Below are positions 8,812 through 17,231 of a stretch of 42,277 nucleotides of DNA, piece after piece. Made by a program: the position numbers and the translations under genes. The stretch comes from Promethearchaeota archaeon (GTDB lineage Archaea; Asgardarchaeota; Hermodarchaeia; Hermodarchaeales; Hermodarchaeaceae), in the NCBI GenBank assembly GCA_048939245.1, contig JBHLPR010000015.1, positions 1 to 42,277 on the forward strand. Reading direction: 5' to 3'. The notes under the pieces are model-generated. The model did not search any database. It saw only the letters and a list, made by a program, of their open reading frames with translations, and was not told the origin of the DNA. Each line of letters begins with the position of its first letter. The first letter of the stretch is position 1.

Positions 8812-10545
8812 ATGACCCCCAAAACGCCTCCATCACAAGCAAATCCCCTCGATTCTTACAAAGCGGAAGTCATCAACACCTTCAATAATATCGAAACTAC
8901 CATTGAAACCACACTCGGATCCCCAGCTGTCGACCACTATACAACAATCACTTTCATACCTGTTCCCCTCAAACTCAGCGGACCCCGATTCGGTGCCACA
9001 GAACGGAAAGATATTACAAACCAATTAATTCTCGAACTCTCCCAAGAACTACTCACTCAATACTCGAAATACCTCAACCTAATTATATGGCGCGAAGCCT
9101 ATCTCCTCCATCTCCCTGAAAGCATCCGTCAAATCCCCCAAGCCGCTGACCTTGGGTTGTATTGCTACTATAGATATGCCCTCAGAACAAAAAAGCAGAG
9201 AAATCAGTTCCTCCAACTCTGGCAAACAGTTTCACCACCAATCGATTACACATTTTATCGCTATTACCCGACTGCAGGGTTTGAATACTTCGACAATCTT
9301 GTTGATGGAAATTTTCTTAAAATGGCAAAAAAATGGTTCAAGCCTTTCATCCAATTAACAACACCCATAGGCCAGGAAATATTCACGGAGAGTCTTGAGC
9401 GATGGATGTTCAATTATCATCGTATATTACGTCCAATAGAAATCAAAATCCTTCGTGGTTTGAATGATTGCCTGACCTGCTCGCAAATAGAATTAGCAGA
9501 CACTCTCAAACTCCGTCAACCCACCATTAGTCAGGTTATCAAAAGATTAGCAAAAAAGCACCTATTGCGATTCATTATTTTCGAAAATTATCCTAAACTT
9601 GGACTCCAACCAATTACAGTCAAATTTACCTCAAAGAAATTCAAAGTAATTGATTCTTTGACGAGGTTATTTTCAAGAATTCGTTACTCACTAGCTATGC
9701 AGGTTTTTGATGAACATCTTCTAGCTTCCTTCCTGATTCCAACTGAAAGAATAACAAGATTTCACCGATGGTTAAAACAGGTCTCATCAAGCTTTGATCT
9801 TTCAAGTCCAGAGCAAGGATTAATTTCAGAAAGAATGCATGCACGCAACTTTAACCTTTACAATCCTCAAACAGGAGGATGGTCATCAGAGACTGAATCG
9901 CTTATTGAAAATTTTTCAAGACTAATATCTGAAAAATTAGCGTCACATCTACCCCCAATCAATTCATTCAAATTAGCACCACCTCATATCAAAAGAATCC
10001 TTGAATTAAAACCGCAAGATTTCATCTATATTCAAAGAGCGACTGAAGCCTATCTCACCACCAGACATGTGAAATTCATTGAATCTCATGAATTGCGTGA
10101 AGCTGGCTACAAAGAATCAGAACATATGGCTTATCGACGTCGTGTAAAATATTTAGAAAAAAGTGAACTAATTAGTCCACCACTTGGAATCGGATTATTA
10201 AACATTGGATTGAATGCAATAATTCATTTATATCTTGATTCTTCAAAAGAGGAAACACGACGGATTTTTACAGCATTTCAGCTATTTCCACATCTTTCTT
10301 GTATGTTGTTGAATAATGGAACCGGTGTTGCGTCTCTTCCTGTTCCTTCATCAATTGCAATTTCATTAACGGTATCTTTAGAAGCTCTTTTTAGATCAAT
10401 AGGTATTCCTGCAGTCTTAACATTGAAACCCGCATGGAATGCTTATGGATGGAATTTTCCTCCAGTCTTAAATTCAACGAATTATGATTTCGAAACCAAC
10501 AGATGGATTTGGACCAAAGACACGTTGCCCACACCACGAATCTAA
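8812..10545 (+). CDS. Large multidomain wHTH transcriptional regulator, paralog 1
   Basis: Central HTH SQIELADTLKLRQPTISQVIKRL; motifs shared with paralog 2 (PRFGA, WREA, AADLGLY, LERWM, HMxYRRR, NYDF..W.W...TLP). Confidence 0.85.
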   Translation: MTPKTPPSQANPLDSYKAEVINTFNNIETTIETTLGSPAVDHYTTITFIPVPLKLSGPRFGATERKDITNQLILELSQELLTQYSKYLNLIIWREAYLLHLPESIRQIPQAADLGLYCYYRYALRTKKQRNQFLQLWQTVSPPIDYTFYRYYPTAGFEYFDNLVDGNFLKMAKKWFKPFIQLTTPIGQEIFTESLERWMFNYHRILRPIEIKILRGLNDCLTCSQIELADTLKLRQPTISQVIKRLAKKHLLRFIIFENYPKLGLQPITVKFTSKKFKVIDSLTRLFSRIRYSLAMQVFDEHLLASFLIPTERITRFHRWLKQVSSSFDLSSPEQGLISERMHARNFNLYNPQTGGWSSETESLIENFSRLISEKLASHLPPINSFKLAPPHIKRILELKPQDFIYIQRATEAYLTTRHVKFIESHELREAGYKESEHMAYRRRVKYLEKSELISPPLGIGLLNIGLNAIIHLYLDSSKEETRRIFTAFQLFPHLSCMLLNNGTGVASLPVPSSIAISLTVSLEALFRSIGIPAVLTLKPAWNAYGWNFPPVLNSTNYDFETNRWIWTKDTLPTPRI

Positions 10546-10617
10546 GTATAATTACAAGCGTTTCAATTTGTTGTCTGTCTGTTGCATAAAAAGACTCGTA
10601 GAAACTAGTTTTTTGTC

Positions 10618-10650
10618 CGATTTATTGCAGGCAATTTTTGGTCTTTAAAA
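10618..10650 (+). promoter_or_regulatory. Promoter and upstream motif of the P2/P3 transcript
   Basis: CGATTTATTGC-N14-CTTTAAAA; 23/33 ungapped identity to the P4 upstream region. Confidence 0.6.
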
Positions 10651-10688
10651 CAACCATTCAGAGTTGAGAACTTACTGAACATAAACGG

Positions 10689-10789
10689 AGGCATCCTATT
10701 ATGTGGCCCCCATCTCGTCCTGAACCATTCTAAAATTGAATTAAGAATTTATAGGCATCCTATTATGTGGCCCGCATCTCGTCCTGAAC
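10689..10789 (+). repeat. Two 37-bp direct repeats (10689-10725, 10753-10789; 1 mismatch; 64-bp period)
   Basis: AGGCATCCTATTATGTGGCCC[C/G]CATCTCGTCCTGAAC. Confidence 0.95.
10701..10733 (+). CDS. Micropeptide P2 MWPPSRPEPF (10 aa)
   Basis: GGAGG SD at 10687-10691; in-frame stop upstream, so 10701 is the only start. Confidence 0.65.
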   Translation: MWPPSRPEPF

Positions 10790-10803
10790 TTAATCAGAAA
10801 TAA
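10765..10803 (+). CDS. Micropeptide P3 MWPASRPELNQK (12 aa)
   Basis: Tandem duplicate of P2 with a weaker SD. Confidence 0.5.
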   Translation: MWPASRPELNQK

Positions 10804-10838
10804 AACTCAAACCGCGTATTACCTAAACGCTCTTGTAG

Positions 10839-10873
10839 AAGGGAACCCGATTTGGGTTCCTTTTCTCCTTTTT
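10839..10873 (+). terminator. Hairpin plus T-tract ending the P2/P3 transcript
   Basis: AAGGGAACCC-GATTT-GGGTTCCTTT followed by TCTCCTTTTT. Confidence 0.65.
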
Positions 10874-10997
10874 CGATAGGAAACTAACTATTTCCTCTTA
10901 AATCATGTTCCTAGTGATTCTTTATCAGCATTGAAATCGGAAAGTAGAATTACCCTCAATTCCTTGTATAGCCATTATCTGGATGGATGGCTAGCCG

Positions 10998-12734
10998 GTG
11001 TCATCTGAGTCTCGTGAGCTTACAAAAAAGTTTCATCGCAAACAAGAACAATTAGCCAGTAAGCTTAGCATTGAACCCCTACCTCGACAGAAAGACCGAA
11101 TTAGCCGTCTCAGATGGGGTACCACTCCCTTAAACTTTACACACCCACGTTTTGGCGCCGTCGAAACCCAATCGACCGACCGACCCCGTAGTTGGTGGCA
11201 TGTCAGTCTGGCCCAGGATCTTAATGATGTCGATGAATATATCTTGGATTGGGTGCTTTGGCGGGAAGCCCTCCTGAACTTTCTGCGGCCCCACCTACGC
11301 CATATCCCTGAAGCCGCTGATCTCGGTCTCTATGCTGGTCTCCAATACGGCGGTTACAAAGAATCCAACCTTGAAGCACTTACTGCACTCTGGAAACAGG
11401 TTTCCCCGCCTCAGCACTACCAGCATTACATCTACGATGGGCCATTTGGCTTTCCCCTTTTTGACCAAGTTGTATCAGGCACCTTCTTACACCGCGTCAT
11501 CCCCTGGCTCAATACCCTACGCCCAACAGCCACCAGTTTATGCTTACTCACCTCAACTTATACCGCAGCCTTAGAACGCTGGATGCTCGAAACCCATATC
11601 CCCCTCACCGAGTCCGAACACACTATCCTATTGACTCTCAGCCACCTTACCAAACCCCCCCACCAAAGTCGCCTTGCCGACCAACTGAACATGAGTATCT
11701 CCGGGCTCAGCCAACATCTTACCACCCTCGCTCAGCGCCACGCACTTCGACTTAACCATTTCATCAATCTCCCCCTCATTGGCCTCACTCCCTATGAACT
11801 CCTAATCCACACGCCCAATCATACTACCCGTAAAAAAGTAATTAATATTCTCAACCAAATTCCATACACTTGGTTCATCAACCCAATCCAAAATACTCGC
11901 CTCCATTGCCGCATCTTTATCCCTACCACTAATGCTACTGAATTCCAAGACTGGTTGACTACACTCGCTAGACACTACGATTTACACCCAATCGAGCTAT
12001 TTCGTACTGGTGACATAATTCAAACATGGAACCTATCCATTTACATTCCTAACCATGGATGGCTGAATGATTTAACATACCAACTGAACCAAATACATAA
12101 CATCTTCAACGACCAGTATGAATCCCCACTCCCCATCGCATCCCTATCAACGATGTCCTATGACCTCGTCGAAAACAGTCAACAATACCCGATTGCTTTG
12201 CGTCCAGAAGATTTTACCTACTTTCTTCGCGCTGCTGATATCCACCGAATCACCGATCGCATCACTCCCCAAGCTTCCAAGGAACTCCGCCAAGCCGGTA
12301 TCACTGATAGCGCCCACATGGTTTACCGACGACGTATTAAGCAATTAGAAAAAATGCAGATAAGCAGCTCAAAGGGAATGTGGATGCTACACATCGGTTT
12401 AGACACAATTATCCAGCTCTACATATTCGAACATCGCACCACCACGCTGCAGCTAATAAACACTTTACAACTGCTACCACGTCTAAACGGGTTGGTATTC
12501 GAAAATGGATATGGAGTCTTGTTCATCTTAACTCCAAATGAAATCGCTGTAGATGTACTATCATTTATTCGAAAACTCATTGTTCAAAACGATCTAAATG
12601 TCTTAATAATTACTAAACCTGCCTGGCAAGCCTCAAGCGGGTTTGGATATCCTGTCAACTTAGATAATTATGATTTTAATGAAAAAGGATGGAAGTGGGA
12701 ACGAACTACTTTACCAAATATTAGAGGTAAGTAA
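10998..12734 (+). CDS. Large multidomain wHTH transcriptional regulator, paralog 2
   Basis: HTH HQSRLADQLNMSISGLSQHLTTL; colinear with paralog 1. Confidence 0.85.
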   Translation: MSSESRELTKKFHRKQEQLASKLSIEPLPRQKDRISRLRWGTTPLNFTHPRFGAVETQSTDRPRSWWHVSLAQDLNDVDEYILDWVLWREALLNFLRPHLRHIPEAADLGLYAGLQYGGYKESNLEALTALWKQVSPPQHYQHYIYDGPFGFPLFDQVVSGTFLHRVIPWLNTLRPTATSLCLLTSTYTAALERWMLETHIPLTESEHTILLTLSHLTKPPHQSRLADQLNMSISGLSQHLTTLAQRHALRLNHFINLPLIGLTPYELLIHTPNHTTRKKVINILNQIPYTWFINPIQNTRLHCRIFIPTTNATEFQDWLTTLARHYDLHPIELFRTGDIIQTWNLSIYIPNHGWLNDLTYQLNQIHNIFNDQYESPLPIASLSTMSYDLVENSQQYPIALRPEDFTYFLRAADIHRITDRITPQASKELRQAGITDSAHMVYRRRIKQLEKMQISSSKGMWMLHIGLDTIIQLYIFEHRTTTLQLINTLQLLPRLNGLVFENGYGVLFILTPNEIAVDVLSFIRKLIVQNDLNVLIITKPAWQASSGFGYPVNLDNYDFNEKGWKWERTTLPNIRGK

Positions 12735-12761
12735 CTCGTTCCAAAAAAATCCAATTTAGTT

Positions 12762-12794
12762 TTATGAAGGAAACGGATCACGTTGAGGGTACAT
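12762..12794 (-). CDS. Micropeptide P4 MYPQRDPFPS (10 aa)
   Basis: GGAGG SD at 12806-12810 (GGAGGCAT as in P2); TATA CTTTAAAA ends 52 nt upstream of ATG (51 nt for P2). Confidence 0.65.
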   Translation of the reverse strand: MYPQRDPFPS

Positions 12795-12845
12795 TTTTCT
12801 TCATGCCTCCAAGGGTATTACTTAATCTTTTGGAGGAAATTTACT

Positions 12846-12878
12846 TTTTAAAGGTCGAAAAAGAGTCGCAAAAAATCG
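12846..12878 (-). promoter_or_regulatory. Promoter and upstream motif of P4
   Basis: CGATTTTTTGC-N14-CTTTAAAA on the minus strand. Confidence 0.6.
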
Positions 12879-12956
12879 ATTTACATCCTAAAAATATGGG
12901 GTTTTTTTTGCGGAAAATAACTTTGGTAAAAAAAATCAATGAAAAAGGAGTCTTGT

Positions 12957-13031
12957 ATAACGATCAGTGAAAATGACTTCGAAGATAGTAAACACTAACT
13001 TACTATTGCGCACTTCTCATCAGAACGCTAT
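12957..13031 (-). ncRNA. Candidate box C/D sRNA downstream of tRNA-Ile
   Basis: Terminal stem AUAGCG/CGUUAU, box C CUGAUGA (13017-13023), box D CUGA (12964-12967), internal hairpin, downstream U-tract. Confidence 0.6.
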
Positions 13032-13077
13032 GAAGCAGGGAGGAGCGTAGATTAACTTGGTTCCATTGAGAGAAAAA

Positions 13078-13182
13078 TGGTGGCTGGGACGGGATTTGAA
13101 CCCGCGACCACTCGGTTATCAGCCGAGTGCCCCACCAGGCTGCCCAGATACCCACAACAGGTATCTTCTAGGCCACCCAGCC
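13078..13182 (-). tRNA. tRNA-Ile(GAT) with 28-nt D-loop intron at 15/16 (13140-13167)
   Basis: CTCGG-CTGATAA-CCGAG anticodon arm; BHB-like GCCT/GGGC helix with an intron hairpin; 77 nt mature. Confidence 0.9.
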
Positions 13183-13254
13183 ACGAAACATGTGCTGTGT
13201 GGGGCGTTTGGTTGCTTATATGAGTTTTGCCAACGAATCAATCGGGAATTGGAG

Positions 13255-13329
13255 TGGTGGAGTGACCGGGACTTGAACCCGGAACCTCGTGCGTGCGAGG
13301 CACGCGATCTACCATTGATCTATCACCCC
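13255..13329 (-). tRNA. tRNA-Ala(CGC)
   Basis: G3:U70, CGC anticodon, CCA encoded. Confidence 0.95.
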
Positions 13330-13342
13330 ATGGGTTCCGAGG

Positions 13343-15754
13343 CTATTTGTGTGGAGGTATTTGTGTGTTATCCTTTACATGGAACTTTAATGCTTGGATA
13401 TTGTGCATGCGCTTGAGGTCCTCACTGTAAGGTTTGAGGAGGTTTGATGCTGTAACAGTGGTGAGGGTGTCTCTGAGGCTCATCTTATGGTCCTTTTTGT
13501 GCTTCCAGATATCAGCGTTGAATTGAGTGAGAGTGGCTGTTGGGTGCTCCTTGGATATGCCTTTAAGAGGTTCAGGAAAGTGGTGCTTGTGAATTGAGGT
13601 CTTTTTATCATAGAGTTCTCGGTGAATTTTATCAGTGATGTAGGGGCAGATGGGGGCGAGAAGCTTTAGGATAGCGTTGAGAACCTTATGTAGGGTATAC
13701 CATGCAGCGGCTCGTCCAGCTTCACTCTTCTCGGAATAGGCGCGCCCTTTAACCAGTTCTAGATAATGGCTGGCGAAGAGGTCCCAAGTGAAGGTGCGAA
13801 GTTCGCGGGAGGGAATGATGAAATCTAACTTGGTATAGCCTCTCTTTGACTTTTGGATGAGTTGGTTGAGTTCGGAGAGAATCCAATGGTCTGCGGGTTG
13901 AAGATCGATGTTTTTGTCAGTAGGTTGAGGAAATCCAGAGATGAATCGTGAGATATTCCAAAGTTTGGTAAGGAAGCGATGGGCACCGGCTAGGCGCCCT
14001 TCATTGAATCGAAAATCGGAGCCAAGGGAAGCTTCGAGAGCCCCCCAAAGGCGGAAGGCGTCAGCACCGTATTTGTCAATGAGGGGGTTGGGATCGATGG
14101 TGTTGCCACGGGATTTGCTCATGGCTTCACCTTTTTCATCGAGTCCATGACCACTGATCCAGACATAATGGAAAGCGGGGGCTTGGAAGAGTTGGTAAGT
14201 GCGGAGAATCGAGTAGTAGAGCCAGGTTCGGACGATGTCTTTGCCTTGGGGTCGGATGCTGGGGGGAAAGTGTGTCTGGAAGAATTCCTCGTCTTTAGTA
14301 TAGAAGATGGTGATGAGACCGCTGATTGAAGAATCCATCCAGGTATCTAGGGTTCGGGTTTCTCCTTCAAATTGCTTAGTAGCACCGCATTTCGGACAGC
14401 GGTCGATGGGAGGGGCGCTCTTCCAAGGTTGATAGTATGGACCTGGAGGAGGTACGATTATTGCATCGCATTGCTTACAGTACCAAAGGGGAACTTCAGT
14501 GCCATAGTATCGACGTCGACTGATAGGCCAGTCGCGGCTAATGCTATTAATCCAGTCCACCAGTATTTGTTTATTCTTCGGGGGCAAGAAAGTCATTTGG
14601 TCAATTATGATTCGGAGGTCATCGACGTATGGCAACTGCTTCAAATAATATTCAGGCATAGCGATGAATTCGATAGGGTTTCGTGTCCTCCAACAGGTGG
14701 GGGTCCGATGCATCGTAGTCTCTTCTTTTATTACGAGACCTTTCGCTCTTAGATCTTTTAAGATGGCTTTTCGTCCTTCTCTAACCGTTAGGCCGTTGTA
14801 GGGACCGGTTACTCCTGTGAGCTTTCCATCGTGACCTAGAGCGTTGATGGGTTCTAACTGTAATTCTCGGAATAATCGTACATCTGTATAGTCACCGTAA
14901 CTGCAGACCATGACCACACCAGTGCCAAATTCGATACGAGCTTCATGGTGAGGGATTATCGGAACGATTTTGTTGTATAAGGGGGTGCGTGCTGTTTTTC
15001 CGTGTAGGTGTGTATACCGTTCGTCATCAGGATTGACCAGAACGGCAGCACAGGCTGAAAGGAGTTCGGGTCGTGTTGTGGCAATGGGTAATACCTCTTG
15101 GGTTTCTTCGATGGTAAATTTCAAAGTTGAAAGTGTGGTTTCGATGTCCTTGTATTCGACTTCAGCATCGGCAATGGTGGTTCCGCATTCGGGACACCAG
15201 TTGTTAGGGCGGTCATCGATGTAGATGAGACCATTGTTGAAAAGCTCGATGAAGGTACGCTGGGTCACTGCACGATATTCAGGACTATCGGTGCGATACA
15301 CTTCATCGTCTTTGAAGGAATTACAACTAAGTCCAAGGCGTTGGGCTTGAGTAAGGACGATTTCTTCATTGCGGTCTAAAAATTCGGCACATAATTCCAA
15401 GAATCGTTGTCGGGGGATTTCGTGCATACTTTTTTTATAGGCTTTTTCGACTTGAACCTCAATCGGTAGTCCGTTTCGATCCAATCCCATGGGGAAAAGG
15501 ACTTCATTTCCCTCCATTCGTTTAGTGCGGGCAATCATGTCGATTTGTGCATAATGAATTGAGCCACCCACATGCCAGGGACCGCTAAGATACGGTGGTG
15601 GCGTGTCAACAGAAAAAATTGGCTTCTTAGTATCTTTTTTGAAAGCGTAAAGTTGCTCTTTGGTCCACAGTTCCAAAATTTCCTCTTCAATCTGTGGCTT
15701 CCAACGTTTTTCTTTTAACAGCATCTCGTGCCCCATTTTTTCCAACTTCTTCAA
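13343..15754 (-). CDS. valS: Valine--tRNA ligase
   Basis: DTPPPY, HVGG (HIGH-like), DWPISRRRYYG, AMSKS; start may be ATG 15736. Confidence 0.96.
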   Translation of the reverse strand: MKKLEKMGHEMLLKEKRWKPQIEEEILELWTKEQLYAFKKDTKKPIFSVDTPPPYLSGPWHVGGSIHYAQIDMIARTKRMEGNEVLFPMGLDRNGLPIEVQVEKAYKKSMHEIPRQRFLELCAEFLDRNEEIVLTQAQRLGLSCNSFKDDEVYRTDSPEYRAVTQRTFIELFNNGLIYIDDRPNNWCPECGTTIADAEVEYKDIETTLSTLKFTIEETQEVLPIATTRPELLSACAAVLVNPDDERYTHLHGKTARTPLYNKIVPIIPHHEARIEFGTGVVMVCSYGDYTDVRLFRELQLEPINALGHDGKLTGVTGPYNGLTVREGRKAILKDLRAKGLVIKEETTMHRTPTCWRTRNPIEFIAMPEYYLKQLPYVDDLRIIIDQMTFLPPKNKQILVDWINSISRDWPISRRRYYGTEVPLWYCKQCDAIIVPPPGPYYQPWKSAPPIDRCPKCGATKQFEGETRTLDTWMDSSISGLITIFYTKDEEFFQTHFPPSIRPQGKDIVRTWLYYSILRTYQLFQAPAFHYVWISGHGLDEKGEAMSKSRGNTIDPNPLIDKYGADAFRLWGALEASLGSDFRFNEGRLAGAHRFLTKLWNISRFISGFPQPTDKNIDLQPADHWILSELNQLIQKSKRGYTKLDFIIPSRELRTFTWDLFASHYLELVKGRAYSEKSEAGRAAAWYTLHKVLNAILKLLAPICPYITDKIHRELYDKKTSIHKHHFPEPLKGISKEHPTATLTQFNADIWKHKKDHKMSLRDTLTTVTASNLLKPYSEDLKRMHNIQALKFHVKDNTQIPPHK

Positions 15755-15861
15755 TACAGATCAGTTGAGGAATGAACTATGGCTTCAGAATGACTTTTTT
15801 CATTTCATTAGGAAACGGCATTCTTTCGCTTGCTAAAAAGGCTTTCTCCAAGTATTGTTGC

Positions 15862-17121
15862 CTATGTTTGCTCTGACCAACGAAGAATCGCAGCAATACC
15901 TCGAAAGGAGCTTAAGAGCTGTTTACCTTCTTCTGTCTCTGGAGAGATGATTTCAATTGTAGCTCCTGTTTCCTTTGCAGCTTCCTCAAGTTCCTCAATG
16001 ATGTCTTGGGCTTCGACAATCTGTAGAGACTGATTTTGACACTTTTCGCATTGTTGCGATTCCAATTTATTTTCTAGTTTGACAATATCCTCTGGAGCAA
16101 GGGTCTTTTCAGTTTTATACCCACAAGAACTGCACTCTACAGTGATACGGGAATAGTCAATTCCTTCTGATACAAGAAGGACTTCAACGGCACCTCGGTC
16201 AAGGGCCTCACGAACCTGTTTCTCACCATAAGTGGCAAGACCGGTGTCTCGGGCGATTTCACTTAGAAATTGTTGAACAAGCCGCTTTTCCTTGATTAAC
16301 CGTTGGTTTCGAAGAATATCTTCTGATTTTTCGACCAAAGCCCGGATTCCTTCTTCACCTGAATATGCGGTATCAAGAACAGCTAATACCTTTTCACTCA
16401 AAGGTGGTTTAAGATAGCCTTTGTCTGTAAAGGTTTCTTTGGTAAAGCCTGGTCCACCAATGATGATGCCCTTTAAATCCGGTACTTCTTCGAAGAATTC
16501 CCGGGTTAATTCTCCGGAACGGGTTAGAAACTCATGAGCAGCCTGCTCAATTAAACGTTCAAATCGTCGCTGGCTTTGTCCACCCGCCCGATGTTTTCCC
16601 ATTATTCCAGATTTCACGGTTTTTATTATATCTAAACTAGTTCCTCTAAGTAACGCCCAAGAGGCCGCACTGCGATCGATTGAGATTAACCCATAACTCT
16701 CCTTAGGTGAGAGCATATCACGAAGTGGGTCCAACCAGAACTCAGCTGCACACCGATAAATGTAAACGTTTACTTGTTCAGGAGGTTCTATAAGGTAAAT
16801 TTCCATTTTTTCGCTTCCAGGAGCACCATGTGGAATCGCCCCTGCAAAGACTGCTAGACCATTTGGTGGAGGGGTGGGAATGATTTTGAGCCGTTGAATT
16901 ACCGTCTGAATTGCATCCATTACGTTTTTGCGTGTTGATTTCGACTTGATATTGCTTGCTGTACCATATTCATTACGGAGTGTTCCTAGCACATCGCTCA
17001 TCTGTCGGTCGGGGGGAATGTAGAGAGTAATCAATTCAGTGTGAAGCCCCTTTTTCCGATCGAGCATTTCCACTACCTTCTTGAGCTTGAACCGCTGAAA
17101 TGATTCACTGGTAGTAGACAT
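15862..17121 (-). CDS. prf1: Peptide chain release factor aRF1
   Basis: TASNIKS, YxC, GGQS motifs; zinc-ribbon insert. Confidence 0.97.
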   Translation of the reverse strand: MSTTSESFQRFKLKKVVEMLDRKKGLHTELITLYIPPDRQMSDVLGTLRNEYGTASNIKSKSTRKNVMDAIQTVIQRLKIIPTPPPNGLAVFAGAIPHGAPGSEKMEIYLIEPPEQVNVYIYRCAAEFWLDPLRDMLSPKESYGLISIDRSAASWALLRGTSLDIIKTVKSGIMGKHRAGGQSQRRFERLIEQAAHEFLTRSGELTREFFEEVPDLKGIIIGGPGFTKETFTDKGYLKPPLSEKVLAVLDTAYSGEEGIRALVEKSEDILRNQRLIKEKRLVQQFLSEIARDTGLATYGEKQVREALDRGAVEVLLVSEGIDYSRITVECSSCGYKTEKTLAPEDIVKLENKLESQQCEKCQNQSLQIVEAQDIIEELEEAAKETGATIEIISPETEEGKQLLSSFRGIAAILRWSEQT

Positions 17122-17231
17122 GAAGATCAACTCCCTGTTCGCATAAAGCAAAAAGGCATGGATGCGTCATTAAGTGCGAGCAGCAACCGTTAAAGGTTAT
17201 GATAAACTTTTCGAACTACAAAGGTGTTGAC

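Noticed and set aside
8766-8888. Overlapping upstream ORF MSSKLMGEIEQEPF... before regulator 1
   Set aside because: Contains EPF but lacks the M-[YW]-P start and overlaps the main CDS; probably chance.
10689-10789. Mini-CRISPR array
   Set aside because: Only two repeats, no cas genes in the window, a short AT-rich spacer, and the repeats carry peptide ORFs resembling P1 and P4.
12957-13031. Hammerhead ribozyme (CUGAUGAG core)
   Set aside because: GAAG in place of GAAA and stem I is out of register; C/D K-turn geometry fits better.
12764-13416. ORF-track ORFs 12764-12970 and 13057-13416 (also 8446-8652, 8450-8665, 28560-28742, 28567-28854)
   Set aside because: They overlap tRNAs, structured RNAs or the P4 unit and have no protein-like features.
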